Positions 41,070 to 50,437 are shown, numbered from the stretch's first letter. The stretch: DNA of 64,000 bases from an uncultured Chloroflexia bacterium (GCA_963813535.1 CAWEZH010000002.1:1088001-1152000); one strand, 5' to 3'. Made by a program: numbers and translations. Notes: generated from the sequence alone by a model not told the origin.

Positions 41070-41934
41070 TTGCCGTCAAAGGAAACGCAGACGGGCGTGG
41101 GGATACTCATCGGCTTGGTCGTCCTCATCGCCCTCGCTCAACTTGTTATCGCCGCTCCGGCCTGGTCAGGCCCGGGACCTCGACCGGCGATCTTGGTCCC
41201 CCCCGTAGCCGGCGTCACGCCCGAGACGCCCACACCCGGGCGTGTTCCGTCCACTCCAGCGCCGGCCACTCCAGCCCCTGGCGTGGCCGTCGTTGAATTG
41301 ACCCGGTCCACAGCGGACGCGGGACCGATTGATCTGCAAGCTGGCGGATCATCGTCACCGCCAGCGCCGACTCCGAGCGGCTTGGCGACGCCTGCCCCCT
41401 TGTCGTCACCGCCAGCGCCGACTCCGAGCGGCGTCGCGACGCCACCCCCCGGCGAGGTTTCCTTCCCGACTTCGCAGCCGACGCCGCCCGCGGCCTCGCC
41501 CACGCCCGACCCGACGCGGCCGCCATCGCCGCCACCGACTGCAGCACCGACCCACCAGCCCACGCGGGCGCCCACACCGCCGCCAACGCCGGCGCCGACG
41601 CCCAACCCAACGCCGGCGCCCACGCCCGCCCCAACACCGGATCCGACGCCGGCCCCGACACCGGATCCAACGCCGCCGCCGACGCCCGACCCAACGCCGG
41701 CACCGACACCCGATCCGACGCCGGATCCGACGCCGGCCCCGACACCGGATCCAACGCCGCCGCCGACGCCCGACCCAACGCCGGCACCGACACCCGATCC
41801 GACGCCGGATCCGACGCCCGACCCGACGCCGGCCCCGACACCGGATCCAACGCCGGATCCGACACCCGACCCCAACGCCGGAACCGACACCCGATCCAAC
41901 GCCGGATCCCACGCCCGAGCCGCAGCCCGGGTAA
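41070..41934 (+). CDS. membrane-anchored Pro/Thr-rich (PTPD/PTPA repeat) protein, probable +1 frameshift at ~41870
   Basis: N-terminal TM; 12-nt coding tandem repeats 41570-41920; the repeat continues to a stop at 41934 in another frame. Confidence 0.6.
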
Positions 41935-42248
41935 CGTCGGTCCCCAGAACTGGGCCCGCTAGCCTTTCGACCGCCGCGGGTCCGGTCGACCGATGGTGTT
42001 CTGCAACCCTGGCGCGCGTACATCGCCCGGTCACCGGGGGCGCGTTGACGAAGCCATCGGTGATTGGGTCGGTTGCCCGGTGCGGCTAGGAAGTCGGAGT
42101 CATCGTCCGGGCCGTGGGTCTAACTTGACAGTGAGGCTTGCCGCGGTCGTCGTCCCAGGAGCGAGTCGCCACCGATGATTGCCAAGCTCGGGGTACGGTC
42201 GCAAGATGACCGTCCGTCGCAGTCCGAACCACTGGGAGGAGCGGAGAG

Positions 42249-42638
42249 ATGGCGCATCCGAACGAGGATCTGGTCCGTCGCGGTTTTACGGCGTTCGGGA
42301 CCGGAGACATCGCGACGCTAGGCGAGTTGTTCGCCGACAACATCGTCTGGCATGTCGGTGGACGCAGCCCGATCACCGGGGATTACAAGGGCAAGGAACA
42401 GGTCTTCGGGTTTTTTGCCCAGCTCGCCGAACGGGCTGGGGGGACTTTCCGCCTTGACATCCACGACGTGCTGGCGAACGACGAGCATGTGGTCGCGCTG
42501 GTCAAGGCGACCGGGGAGCGCCAAGGGAAGACGCTGAACAACAACGGAGCGCAGGTCTTCCATGTGCAGGGTGGAAAGGTCACCGAGGTGTGGTTCCACC
42601 CGGACGACCAATACGCCGGCGACGACTTCTGGAGTTGA
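42249..42638 (+). CDS. SnoaL/NTF2-like protein
   Basis: MAHPNEDLVRRGF, WHVGGRSPITGDYKG, HDVLANDEH. Confidence 0.9.
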   Translation: MAHPNEDLVRRGFTAFGTGDIATLGELFADNIVWHVGGRSPITGDYKGKEQVFGFFAQLAERAGGTFRLDIHDVLANDEHVVALVKATGERQGKTLNNNGAQVFHVQGGKVTEVWFHPDDQYAGDDFWS

Positions 42639-42655
42639 CCCGGACCGAGCCAACT

Positions 42656-42712
42656 CTCGATCCCGGCTGCCATCGCCGACGGCCGGTCAGTCAGCCCGGG
42701 CCGACCGGGGCA
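42656..42712 (+). repeat. 3'-partial hairpin element copy R7
   Basis: Similarity begins at TCGATCccggctg..cggccggTCAGTCagcccgggccgaccggggc; left arm absent. Confidence 0.55.
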
Positions 42713-42787
42713 TTCATTGAGCAGTTAACAACGGGCACATCGCAGGGTGGCCCACTCACGGGAGCACGCCGCGTTGAGCCGGACATT

Positions 42788-42826
42788 TTAGAAGGCGCCT
42801 GCTCTGTCCACTGAGCTACGGGGACG
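42788..42826 (-). repeat. displaced 5' half of tRNA-Arg(TCT) (att-like repeat)
   Basis: Identical to 29876-29914; tRNA positions 1 to the end of the anticodon loop, with conserved upstream AGCGCCTCAG and a -10-like TATGCT. Confidence 0.9.
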
Positions 42827-42894
42827 TCGTTAGCGCCTCAGCATACGCACGAAAACCGCCGGATCGACCTTGGCTCGTTGACGACCATCCGTGA

Positions 42895-43563
42895 TCAGGT
42901 CCTCTTGAATGTCCCGTCGCACGTCCGGTTCGTGGCATCAAGCACGTGAGTGAAGATCTTCTTGTTGTTATCCATGTCGTTATGCGGGACCCCGGGGTCC
43001 TCAAAGACGTGGCACGCGCCGCCATCGAGCCGCGATGAGTTGTTCGAGACGACACCATCGGTCCGGCTGTAGATCGTGGTCCAGTAAACGTGGGTCGGCG
43101 TGTCGTCACCGGCATTGAGACTGCGCAGGAATGACCTCGACGGGCACATCTGGCCACCCTGCGACGAGAACAGCAGGCATGTCCTGAGTAGCCCGTACTG
43201 CGGGGTCCCAAGTGACACGTAGGTGTCGACTCTGGAGGTGCCGATCGTCTTGATGAAGTATCGAGCGCTCAGACCGCCCATGCTCTGCGCCACGATGTCG
43301 ACGTCATCCCAGCCTTTGCTGGTGATGAAGTCGCGGATCGCCTGGGCGTTCTTGATGTTGTCCTGGCCCGGCAACCGAATCGCTTCTGCCTGGCGGCCGG
43401 CGAGCCTGAAGCGGTCGATCATCTCGGCCCATGTCGACGGGCTACCTCGCCACCCATGGACGAGCAGCACCGGATCGTTCTTGGCGGCTGCCGCCGTGCT
43501 CGGCGCCATCGCGACTGCCAGGATTCCCAAGATCGGCACCAGGATCCACCGCGTCGCGCGCAT
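42895..43563 (-). CDS. secreted small lipase/esterase (Bacillus/Streptomyces LipA-like)
   Basis: Signal peptide; PVLLVHG, AQSMGG, SLGTPQYG, DGVV, H. Confidence 0.85.
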   Translation of the reverse strand: MRATRWILVPILGILAVAMAPSTAAAAKNDPVLLVHGWRGSPSTWAEMIDRFRLAGRQAEAIRLPGQDNIKNAQAIRDFITSKGWDDVDIVAQSMGGLSARYFIKTIGTSRVDTYVSLGTPQYGLLRTCLLFSSQGGQMCPSRSFLRSLNAGDDTPTHVYWTTIYSRTDGVVSNNSSRLDGGACHVFEDPGVPHNDMDNNKKIFTHVLDATNRTCDGTFKRT

Positions 43564-43744
43564 GTCGGCCCCTCCCCATTCGACGGTGAGCAGTACCGCG
43601 GAGGGTACCCGCACCCCGGCGTGGGTGGAATAGCACAGGTGACGCCACAGCGTGGCGTCGACGTTTCCGGCGGTACAGGCGTTCTAGGCCGCGCCGCTGA
43701 CGGGGTACGCTACGGGCGTTGGGATCAAGAGCCGGGGAGGACCC

Positions 43745-44413
43745 ATGACCGACGAAAGCGCGCGCTCACGGCGCGCAGTCCTTGCTGCCGGTCTTGGTGG
43801 CGTAGCCGCGGCAGCAACCGCGGCCGTCATACGGCCTGCCGCGGCCCTCGGCGCCAACGGCGACAACGTCGTGCTCGGACAGGCAAATACGGCGACGGCG
43901 GCGACGGCGATCCAGAACACGGGGACGGCCGATCCGGACACGCTCGTGGTCGATAGCCAATCGGGCTTCGCTGTCATCGCGAGGAGCGAGGACGGAAGCG
44001 GCATCGAGGGCCAGGCCCCGAACGGGCTGGGCGTATCCGGACTCGGACAGGTCGGGGTCGTCGGGGAGGGAACTGAATCGGGCGTTCGGGGCATCAGCTC
44101 CGGTAATGGGATCGGGGTTTTCGCGACGACGGAGACCGGGCTCGCACTCCTCGTCGACGGCAAGGTGGGCCTGACGCGGAGCGGCAGGGTCTCAGTCGCA
44201 CGAGGCAAGGGATCCGTCGACATCACCATCCCCGGCGGCATCACCAGTCGGACGGTCGTCATGGCGACCCTCCAACGGTATCGCACCGGGGTCGCGATCG
44301 CGGGTGTCAACCTTAACTGGCCTAGCGCCGGCAAGGCCCGGATCTATCTCACGAAGATCCCGTCGACCACGACGACGACGCCTGTCGCGTGGATCGCTAC
44401 GGAACTCCCGTAG
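43745..44413 (+). CDS. Tat-exported hypothetical protein
   Basis: SRRAVL twin-arginine signal; Gly-Val repeats; GGGAGG RBS. Confidence 0.75.
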   Translation: MTDESARSRRAVLAAGLGGVAAAATAAVIRPAAALGANGDNVVLGQANTATAATAIQNTGTADPDTLVVDSQSGFAVIARSEDGSGIEGQAPNGLGVSGLGQVGVVGEGTESGVRGISSGNGIGVFATTETGLALLVDGKVGLTRSGRVSVARGKGSVDITIPGGITSRTVVMATLQRYRTGVAIAGVNLNWPSAGKARIYLTKIPSTTTTTPVAWIATELP

Positions 44414-44524
44414 CGTTTCGCCGCCTCGCGCCCTTGGACGCAGCGAGCGCGTCCCCGGGCACTGCGATGCCGTTCCTCTGGTCGGACCCGACGTAGCCGC
44501 CGCGGGGCTTACCTGCGGCGCGGG

Positions 44525-44759
44525 TCAGTCGAGCTTCCCCGTCGCGATCCACCGGCCGAAGAGCTCGACCTTGTCGGACGACCAGCCGCCGTCACACGGC
44601 ATCGTGCCCTGCCGGAGACGACCGAGGATCGCCTCGGCGTTCGACCGGACCGTCAACCTCCCAGAGATCGAAGGCGAAGGCCATGGATTCGCGGTCCCTG
44701 GGTCGAAACAGGGGCTTGATGTGCTGCGCGAAGCTGACCGGTCGATCGGCGTCTGCCAT
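44525..44759 (-). pseudogene. small conserved hypothetical protein, frameshift at ~44650
   Basis: SFAQHIKPLFRPRDRESM..FDLW continues in another frame as AEAILGRLRQGTMPCDGGW..LFGRWI. Confidence 0.6.
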
Positions 44760-44854
44760 GGTCGCGGTGATCTCCTCGTGCTTCGATCTGGATGTTGAGA
44801 GCACCAGGCAGGGCGGTCAGGTTCTTCGCCGCCTGCCTGGTGCCTCGCTCAGGA

Positions 44855-45751
44855 CTAGGCGAACCGCTTGACGAAGTCGAGCGCGGTCTGGGCGACCTCG
44901 CGCCAGCCGTGGTCGATGGTGAGGGAGTGGCCTCGGTTCGGGATCTTCACGATCTCCGTCACGCCGGGGTTGCGCTTCTGCCGCTTGTAGGCGGCGTCCG
45001 CGATCGCCCATGGCACCGTGTGGTCCTTCTCTCCCTCGATGATCAGCAGCGGGCCGCGGTCCGGGTTCTTCGTGTCCACCTTCGCTTCGGTCCACGGATT
45101 GAGGTTCGCGTTGCCCATCTGCGCGAGCGAGATCCCGGAGGCGGCGACATGGAACTTGTCGTAGAGCTCCATGGCCTCATCCTCGTCCAGGTTGTTCGTC
45201 CAGGCGTATCGGAACTGGTCGAACGTGAGCGTCAGCGCGCGGCCGCGATTGCGCGGGTTGATCAGGAACGGGCCGGCCGACCTGAGCACCGACAGCGGCA
45301 GCGGCAGAACGCCACGGAAGACTCCCGGGTCGATCGCCACGGTGACCGCCGCGAGCCCCTGCCCCGCGAGCATCTCCGCGAGCAGACCGCCCGTCGAGTG
45401 GCCCATGACCACTGGCTTCCTGTCGAGGGCACTGATGATCTGGGTCGTGTGATCGGCCACCTGCTTCAGGGTCTTGTTGGCGAGGACCTCGGGCTCCGCA
45501 CGGGCTTCCTCGACGGTTTCGGGATCATCAGGCCAGTCTGGCGTCAGCGCGACGTACCCAGCTTCCTCGAACAGCGCGGCCCAGTTGTCCCAGCTCGAGG
45601 GCAACAGCCACAGCCCGTGGATGAAGATCACCGGTGTCGCCGTGGTCGCGTTCGCGCGCTCGATCTGCTCGCGCTCGCGATCGGAGATCGTCGCGCCCTC
45701 TCGATCCTGAGGGGCCACGGGCAATTCGGCCTGTGCAGACGTCGTGTTCAT
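44855..45751 (-). CDS. alpha/beta hydrolase
   Basis: FIHGLW, GHSTGG, KDHTVP, RGHSL. Confidence 0.9.
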   Translation of the reverse strand: MNTTSAQAELPVAPQDREGATISDREREQIERANATTATPVIFIHGLWLLPSSWDNWAALFEEAGYVALTPDWPDDPETVEEARAEPEVLANKTLKQVADHTTQIISALDRKPVVMGHSTGGLLAEMLAGQGLAAVTVAIDPGVFRGVLPLPLSVLRSAGPFLINPRNRGRALTLTFDQFRYAWTNNLDEDEAMELYDKFHVAASGISLAQMGNANLNPWTEAKVDTKNPDRGPLLIIEGEKDHTVPWAIADAAYKRQKRNPGVTEIVKIPNRGHSLTIDHGWREVAQTALDFVKRFA

Positions 45752-45770
45752 CCTTCGACTCTCCTCTCGT

Positions 45771-46568
45771 CTAACGGGCAGCTGCCGCCGCCGGAACAGA
45801 TGCGTTCTCTCGGAGCCAGTCGTCGAGACGGATCTCGCCGAGCGTCGCGTCCGGGCCCGGGACGAGCGTGCGCTCGGCCAGGGGAGCCCCGAAGTACCGC
45901 GCCTGCGGGTCCGTCAGGATCTCGCGCGGGTCGTCCTTCGCGCCAAGTACTCGCCGGATGAGCGTGTCGAGGCGGAACTGCTCCGGGCCGCCGACCTCGA
46001 CGATCCGGTTCGCTGCGGTCCCTGTGGCAGCGCGAGCGACCGCCGCGGCAACGTCCTCGGCCGCCATCGGCTGGACCAGTGCCTCGGACAGGTGGATCGT
46101 GTCGCCATGCGTCGCGTCATCGGCGATCTTGTCCACGAACTCGAAGAATTGGGTGGCGTGGACGATGGTGTAGGGGATCGGCGACGTCTTGATCAGGGTC
46201 TCCTGGGTGAGCTTCGCCCAGAAGTAGCCGGCGATCGTCGTCGTCAGGTCGGCGCTCTGCGCCAGCTCCTTGGTGCCGACGACCGATAGGGCGACGTGGT
46301 GACCCACGCCGGCCTCCTCCTCGGCATCGCGAAGGTTGGTGGTCGACTTTCCGAAGAACTCGATGGCCGGAGCGAAGTCGAACGATGGTGAATTCGACAC
46401 GTCAACCACGACTGAGGTGCCCTTGAGCGCTGCCGCGACCCCTTCGCCGGTGATCGTGTTGATGCCCAGCCTGGGCGATGCGGGGACGGTCTCGTGGCCG
46501 TCTTCCTCGAGCTTGGCGACGACCTTCGAGCCGATCAGCCCGGTGCCGCCGATGACGACGATCTTCAT
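45771..46568 (-). CDS. SDR/NmrA-like NAD(P)-binding protein
   Basis: MKIVVIGGTGLIG, HHVALSVVG, ATQFFEF. Confidence 0.9.
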   Translation of the reverse strand: MKIVVIGGTGLIGSKVVAKLEEDGHETVPASPRLGINTITGEGVAAALKGTSVVVDVSNSPSFDFAPAIEFFGKSTTNLRDAEEEAGVGHHVALSVVGTKELAQSADLTTTIAGYFWAKLTQETLIKTSPIPYTIVHATQFFEFVDKIADDATHGDTIHLSEALVQPMAAEDVAAAVARAATGTAANRIVEVGGPEQFRLDTLIRRVLGAKDDPREILTDPQARYFGAPLAERTLVPGPDATLGEIRLDDWLRENASVPAAAAAR

Positions 46569-46740
46569 GAGGGGTTGCGTCCTTTCCGTGTCTGGGCGCG
46601 AAGGCAGTGGGTCGTCGTGGTAACGATGATCAGTGGCCTCACCCACCCTCTCGATCGGCGTGGCCCGCGGCATCGGCCCGGAGACGGGTGTATGGGATGA
46701 CACGGATCTCGAGCGAGGCAGGGGTGCCTGGCATCGAGTG

Positions 46741-46883
46741 GAGAACAGCGCTCCCCCATGCGTCCCGGCTCTCGCAAGGAAGGTGAGAAGGCGGTCCATC
46801 TCCGCGTCGCGCCCCACCAGGTGACCGGCTGGACGAGCGTCGCCTAGCCATGCCTCGCACTGGGGAGCGGGGGTTTCGAGCAT
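46741..46883 (-). pseudogene. N-terminal remnant of a LuxR-family AAA-ATPase regulator
   Basis: LVGRDAEMDRLLTFLARAGTHGGAL breaks off just before the expected Walker A. Confidence 0.4.
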
Positions 46884-47124
46884 GGAGCGCAGCGGTGCGG
46901 GTGGACTGACAGGTCCGCACGGCAAGTTTGGACCTTCGGCAGATGGCGGGCAAGCGCCCGACGCCGCGTTTGGAGTCGTCTGACCCAAGACGGTCGATCG
47001 ACCCCGGCCAGGACCATGGCGGCATTAGACGAAGCTGTTCCGTCGACCGCTTGATGCGCCTCTTGACGTAGCCGCTGACTGCCTGGTCAGCACAGCGGTA
47101 TCGCGCTCGGTCGATCGTTCCGAT

Positions 47125-47229
47125 CTAGCCGCGCGGGTCGTCTGGGACGCGCAGCAGCCCGGTCGCGAACATGGCGATGAGAACCGCCACGACCACGCAT
47201 AGAGCGAGCGGAACTAGTACTTCACTCAT
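47125..47229 (-). CDS. putative 34-aa single-TM small protein
   Basis: MSEVLVPLALCVVVAVLIAMFATGLLRVPDDPRG*; not in the ORF track. Confidence 0.45.
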   Translation of the reverse strand: MSEVLVPLALCVVVAVLIAMFATGLLRVPDDPRG

Positions 47230-47375
47230 GCCGGAATGGTGCCCGCGCGATCTGTCCGGCTCGTTATCGATGCGTTAGCGAACCGAGACGCAGCCATCCA
47301 AGCTGCGCGCTATCTGAGCGAACCGCACATGGATGCGGCGTCGTCATTCCGCCTCCGAGCGCGCTGACCTCGATC

Positions 47376-48131
47376 TCAATACTCGCCGGCAAACACGCCG
47401 ATGCGCTCGAACTCGAGCGGCACGTCGATGAGGATCAATTCGGCCCCGACGTTCGTCCGCAACGTCAGTTCGACTGCGTCAGTCACCTTGAGGGCGTCCC
47501 CTGTCGCAAGGCGCTCTTCGTCGACCTCGATCCTTCCGTCGATGACATACAGGTAGCCGCCCCGACCTTTCCCGAACACGTGCTGTAACTCGGCGCGGTC
47601 GGTGAGGTGAGAGACGAGCGCCCGGGCGTCCTGCGCCAGGTCGAGCCCATCCGTCCCGGCCGGACCCATGATCTGGAGCCAGCGATCCGTTCGGTCCTCG
47701 ACCGTGTACTGGCGCTGCTGGACGCGGGTATCGAGGCCTCGGACGCCCGGCAGGATCCAGAACTGGATGAACCGCAAGGGGTAGTCGGCCGAGCCGTTCT
47801 TCTCTGCGTGCTGATCGCCGCGATGGGAGAACGTCATCACCTGGGCTGCGCCGGGCTCGAGACGGCCGTTGTTGCCGAGCGAATCGGCGTGCAGGAAATG
47901 CCCCTCGACGACGTACGTCAGCGACTCGATGTCCTGGTGCGGGTGGAGTGGCCACTCGGCTCCGGCAATGATCCGGTCGTCGTTGAACACGCGCAGCGCA
48001 CCGACGCCCAGCTGCTCCGGATCGCGATACCGGTCGAACGAGAAGTGCCAGCGAGCGTCGAACCAGCCACCCTCCTCATGCCAGATCGAATCAGCCTCGC
48101 GGATCGCCACTGACCTGGTCGAGTTCTCCAT
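47376..48131 (-). CDS. pirin family protein (YhhW-like)
   Basis: HFSFDRY, LRVFNDD, HPHQDIE, HADSLGN, QFWILP. Confidence 0.92.
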   Translation of the reverse strand: MENSTRSVAIREADSIWHEEGGWFDARWHFSFDRYRDPEQLGVGALRVFNDDRIIAGAEWPLHPHQDIESLTYVVEGHFLHADSLGNNGRLEPGAAQVMTFSHRGDQHAEKNGSADYPLRFIQFWILPGVRGLDTRVQQRQYTVEDRTDRWLQIMGPAGTDGLDLAQDARALVSHLTDRAELQHVFGKGRGGYLYVIDGRIEVDEERLATGDALKVTDAVELTLRTNVGAELILIDVPLEFERIGVFAGEY

Positions 48132-48273
48132 CGTCGACCTCCTCTTCCTCTGCGCGCCGGGCTCACGGTCGTTTCGAAGCGGGCGATCCGTGGAGAGTAC
48201 GCTGACCGTTACCGCATCGGGTCCGAGCCGCTGTCACCGCGGCGTGCCGACCCGGGCCGACGGAGGATGAACC

Positions 48274-48648
48274 ATGAGTGAGCACCCGAACGCGGTCTTG
48301 GCCCGCCAGATAGCAGACGCGTTGAGTCGCGGCGACATGCAGGACGCGGCGGAATTCATTGCTGACGATGTGATCTGGCACGAGATCGGCAGCGCTGCGC
48401 CGCTACGCGGGAAGGCCGCCCTGGCTGCACGCAGCGGCGGCGCTGTCGACTACGAGATCACCGGCACGATGCACGACGTCGTCGCGAACGACGAGCACAC
48501 CATTGTGTTGGTTGACGCCACCGCGACCCGCGGTGGCAAGACATTCAAGTACCGGACGGCTGAGATCTATCACGTTCGAGACGGCAAGATCACGGAACGC
48601 TGGGCATTCTCAGACGACACCGCTGCCATCACAGCGTTCTTCGCGTAG
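48274..48648 (+). CDS. SnoaL/NTF2-like protein
   Basis: MSEHPNA, HDVVANDEH, YHVRDGKITERW; GGAGG RBS. Confidence 0.88.
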   Translation: MSEHPNAVLARQIADALSRGDMQDAAEFIADDVIWHEIGSAAPLRGKAALAARSGGAVDYEITGTMHDVVANDEHTIVLVDATATRGGKTFKYRTAEIYHVRDGKITERWAFSDDTAAITAFFA

Positions 48649-48683
48649 AGGAAAGCACGGCCCGCCGCTCAGGGGCCAACGCC

Positions 48684-49622
48684 CTATGACGTGTTGACCT
48701 GACCGGTCAGCAGCAGGTAGACGAGTGTGGCGATGAGCGCCACGAGGACGATGACCACCACCAGTCGAACGAACAGATCGACCCTGCTCCGGGCACCAAG
48801 GAGGCGACCCGGCCGTTCTTGGTCGACGTGTTCGTCATCCGCACCGACGCTTGCAACCTGGGCGAGCGTGGCCTGCTGAGGCTTGAGATCCGCGAACTGC
48901 CTGATGGCATCGGGGTCCATGACGCCTACGGGAACAAGGGCCGCGGAGGCCACATCATCGGCCGCATCCGAGCTCGACAACTGTGCCATCGCATCAGCGC
49001 GTGCCGCCGACGCCACCTCTTCGACATGTGGCGGCTCCGGCAGCTGGCTCGCCAACTGCGCGATATCGGTCGGTTCCCGTTCGACGGCGAGGAGGCCGAC
49101 AAAACGACCTAGCTCCGCCTGATACTCCTCGACCGCCTCGCTGGCCCCGGAGATCTCCCGCTCCACCAGGGCGTCGTGCTGGCGCAGGTGCCGTTCGAGG
49201 TCCGCCTGTCGTGCGAGGATCCGACTCTCAGTCTCCAGACGGAGTCGCTCGCTTTCGTCCGCCGACCAGGCATGGATCTGGCCGACGTCCTCGTCCGCGA
49301 GCCGCCTCAACTCCTCGGCCTCTTTCGCGGCGCGGGTTCGTACCTTTTGGACATGTGCCTCGAGGCTGTTCGCCGCCTCGGCAGCGATCCGCGCACGCTC
49401 GCCCTCGGCGGCCGCCTGCATCTGTCGGGCGATCACGTGGAGGAACGTGGGGACGACTCCGGCTTCAGCCGCCTCGCCGCGACCCTCGCCTATGGCCGCC
49501 GATGACACGGAGCCAGATGTCTCGTCCGTCAGGTCTGCCGTCTTGACACTCCCAGCAGTCGACCGATCAGCCGTCCCGGCTGACTCGTCTTCCGGATGGG
49601 AATGCTGCGTCTCGTGCTGCAT
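48684..49622 (-). CDS. coiled-coil protein with C-terminal TM anchor
   Basis: Long A/E/R-rich helices and a C-terminal hydrophobic segment. Confidence 0.7.
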   Translation of the reverse strand: MQHETQHSHPEDESAGTADRSTAGSVKTADLTDETSGSVSSAAIGEGRGEAAEAGVVPTFLHVIARQMQAAAEGERARIAAEAANSLEAHVQKVRTRAAKEAEELRRLADEDVGQIHAWSADESERLRLETESRILARQADLERHLRQHDALVEREISGASEAVEEYQAELGRFVGLLAVEREPTDIAQLASQLPEPPHVEEVASAARADAMAQLSSSDAADDVASAALVPVGVMDPDAIRQFADLKPQQATLAQVASVGADDEHVDQERPGRLLGARSRVDLFVRLVVVIVLVALIATLVYLLLTGQVNTS

Positions 49623-49802
49623 GGGATCCCCGAGATCTTGCGCGCGCGTCCAAAAACCCTACCAGTGTCTGGAGCCTGTAGGCAACGCCTAGCCACAAGG
49701 CGTGGTGCGGATAGGAACCACAGGCGGCCACGGGGAGACGCTGGTGACCGCCTCCATCATCGGTATCCCAACTCCAGGCATGTCGTACGCTTGGGACTCC
49801 CT

Positions 49803-50437
49803 GTGGACCGCCATCACCTGCTCCATCGAGCCCTCCGTCTTTCCGTCCTGAGCATCGTGCTCGCCGGTCTGCTCGGTGGCACCGCTGTGGTCGTCGGGTT
49901 GACGACCGGCAGCCTGTCGCTGCTCGGCTTCGGACTCGACGCGGCGATCGACTCGGCCGCCTCGGTCGTCCTCGTCTGGCAATTCCGGACCGAGGTCCGT
50001 GAGCCGCATCGAGCGGAGCGCATCGAGCGGCTCGCCGAAGGCGCAGTCGGCATCGTGCTCCTCGTCCTCGCGACATACCTCGCGGTGAGCGCGGTGAACG
50101 CCATCGTCGCGCATGCCCACCCCGAGTCGAGTCCGGTGCGGACCGCGCTGCTCGTTGCCGCGTCGTCGTCCTCCCGCCCCTCGCGCTTGCGAAGTACCGG
50201 GTCGCACGAGCGCTGGACAGCGGGGCCCTTCGGGCGGACAGCATCCTCACCGCCATCGCCGCACTGCTCGGGGCGATCGGTCTCGTCTCCCTGCTCGTCG
50301 ACGAGCTGTTCCACGTCCCCTGGGGCGATGCCGTGGGCGCCCTCATCATCGCCGTGATCATCGCTCGCGAGGGCTGGTCCTCGATCCAGGCGATCCGAAC
50401 GTCAGACCCGATCCTGCCACGCCGAAATAGGGTCTAG
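49803..50437 (+). CDS. cation efflux (CDF/TMEM163-like) membrane protein, frameshift at ~50165
   Basis: GSLSLLGFGLDAAID..VLVW; continuation LALAKYRVARALDSGALRAD..WGDAVGAL..REG in another frame. Confidence 0.75.

Larger units (their letters stand above)
29876..42826. mobile_element. tRNA-Arg-associated genomic island without integrase
   Basis: Exact 39-bp direct repeat 29876-29914 / 42788-42826; heterogeneous cargo and gene fragments inside. Confidence 0.75.

Noticed and set aside
41570-41920. Tandem DNA repeat array
   Set aside because: 12-nt units with third-position variation encoding PTPD/PTPA; ordinary low-complexity coding sequence (same for 60590-60880).
31612-42712. Classical integron attC array
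   Set aside because: No RYYYAAC/GTTRRRY ends, no intI, and cargo in both orientations.
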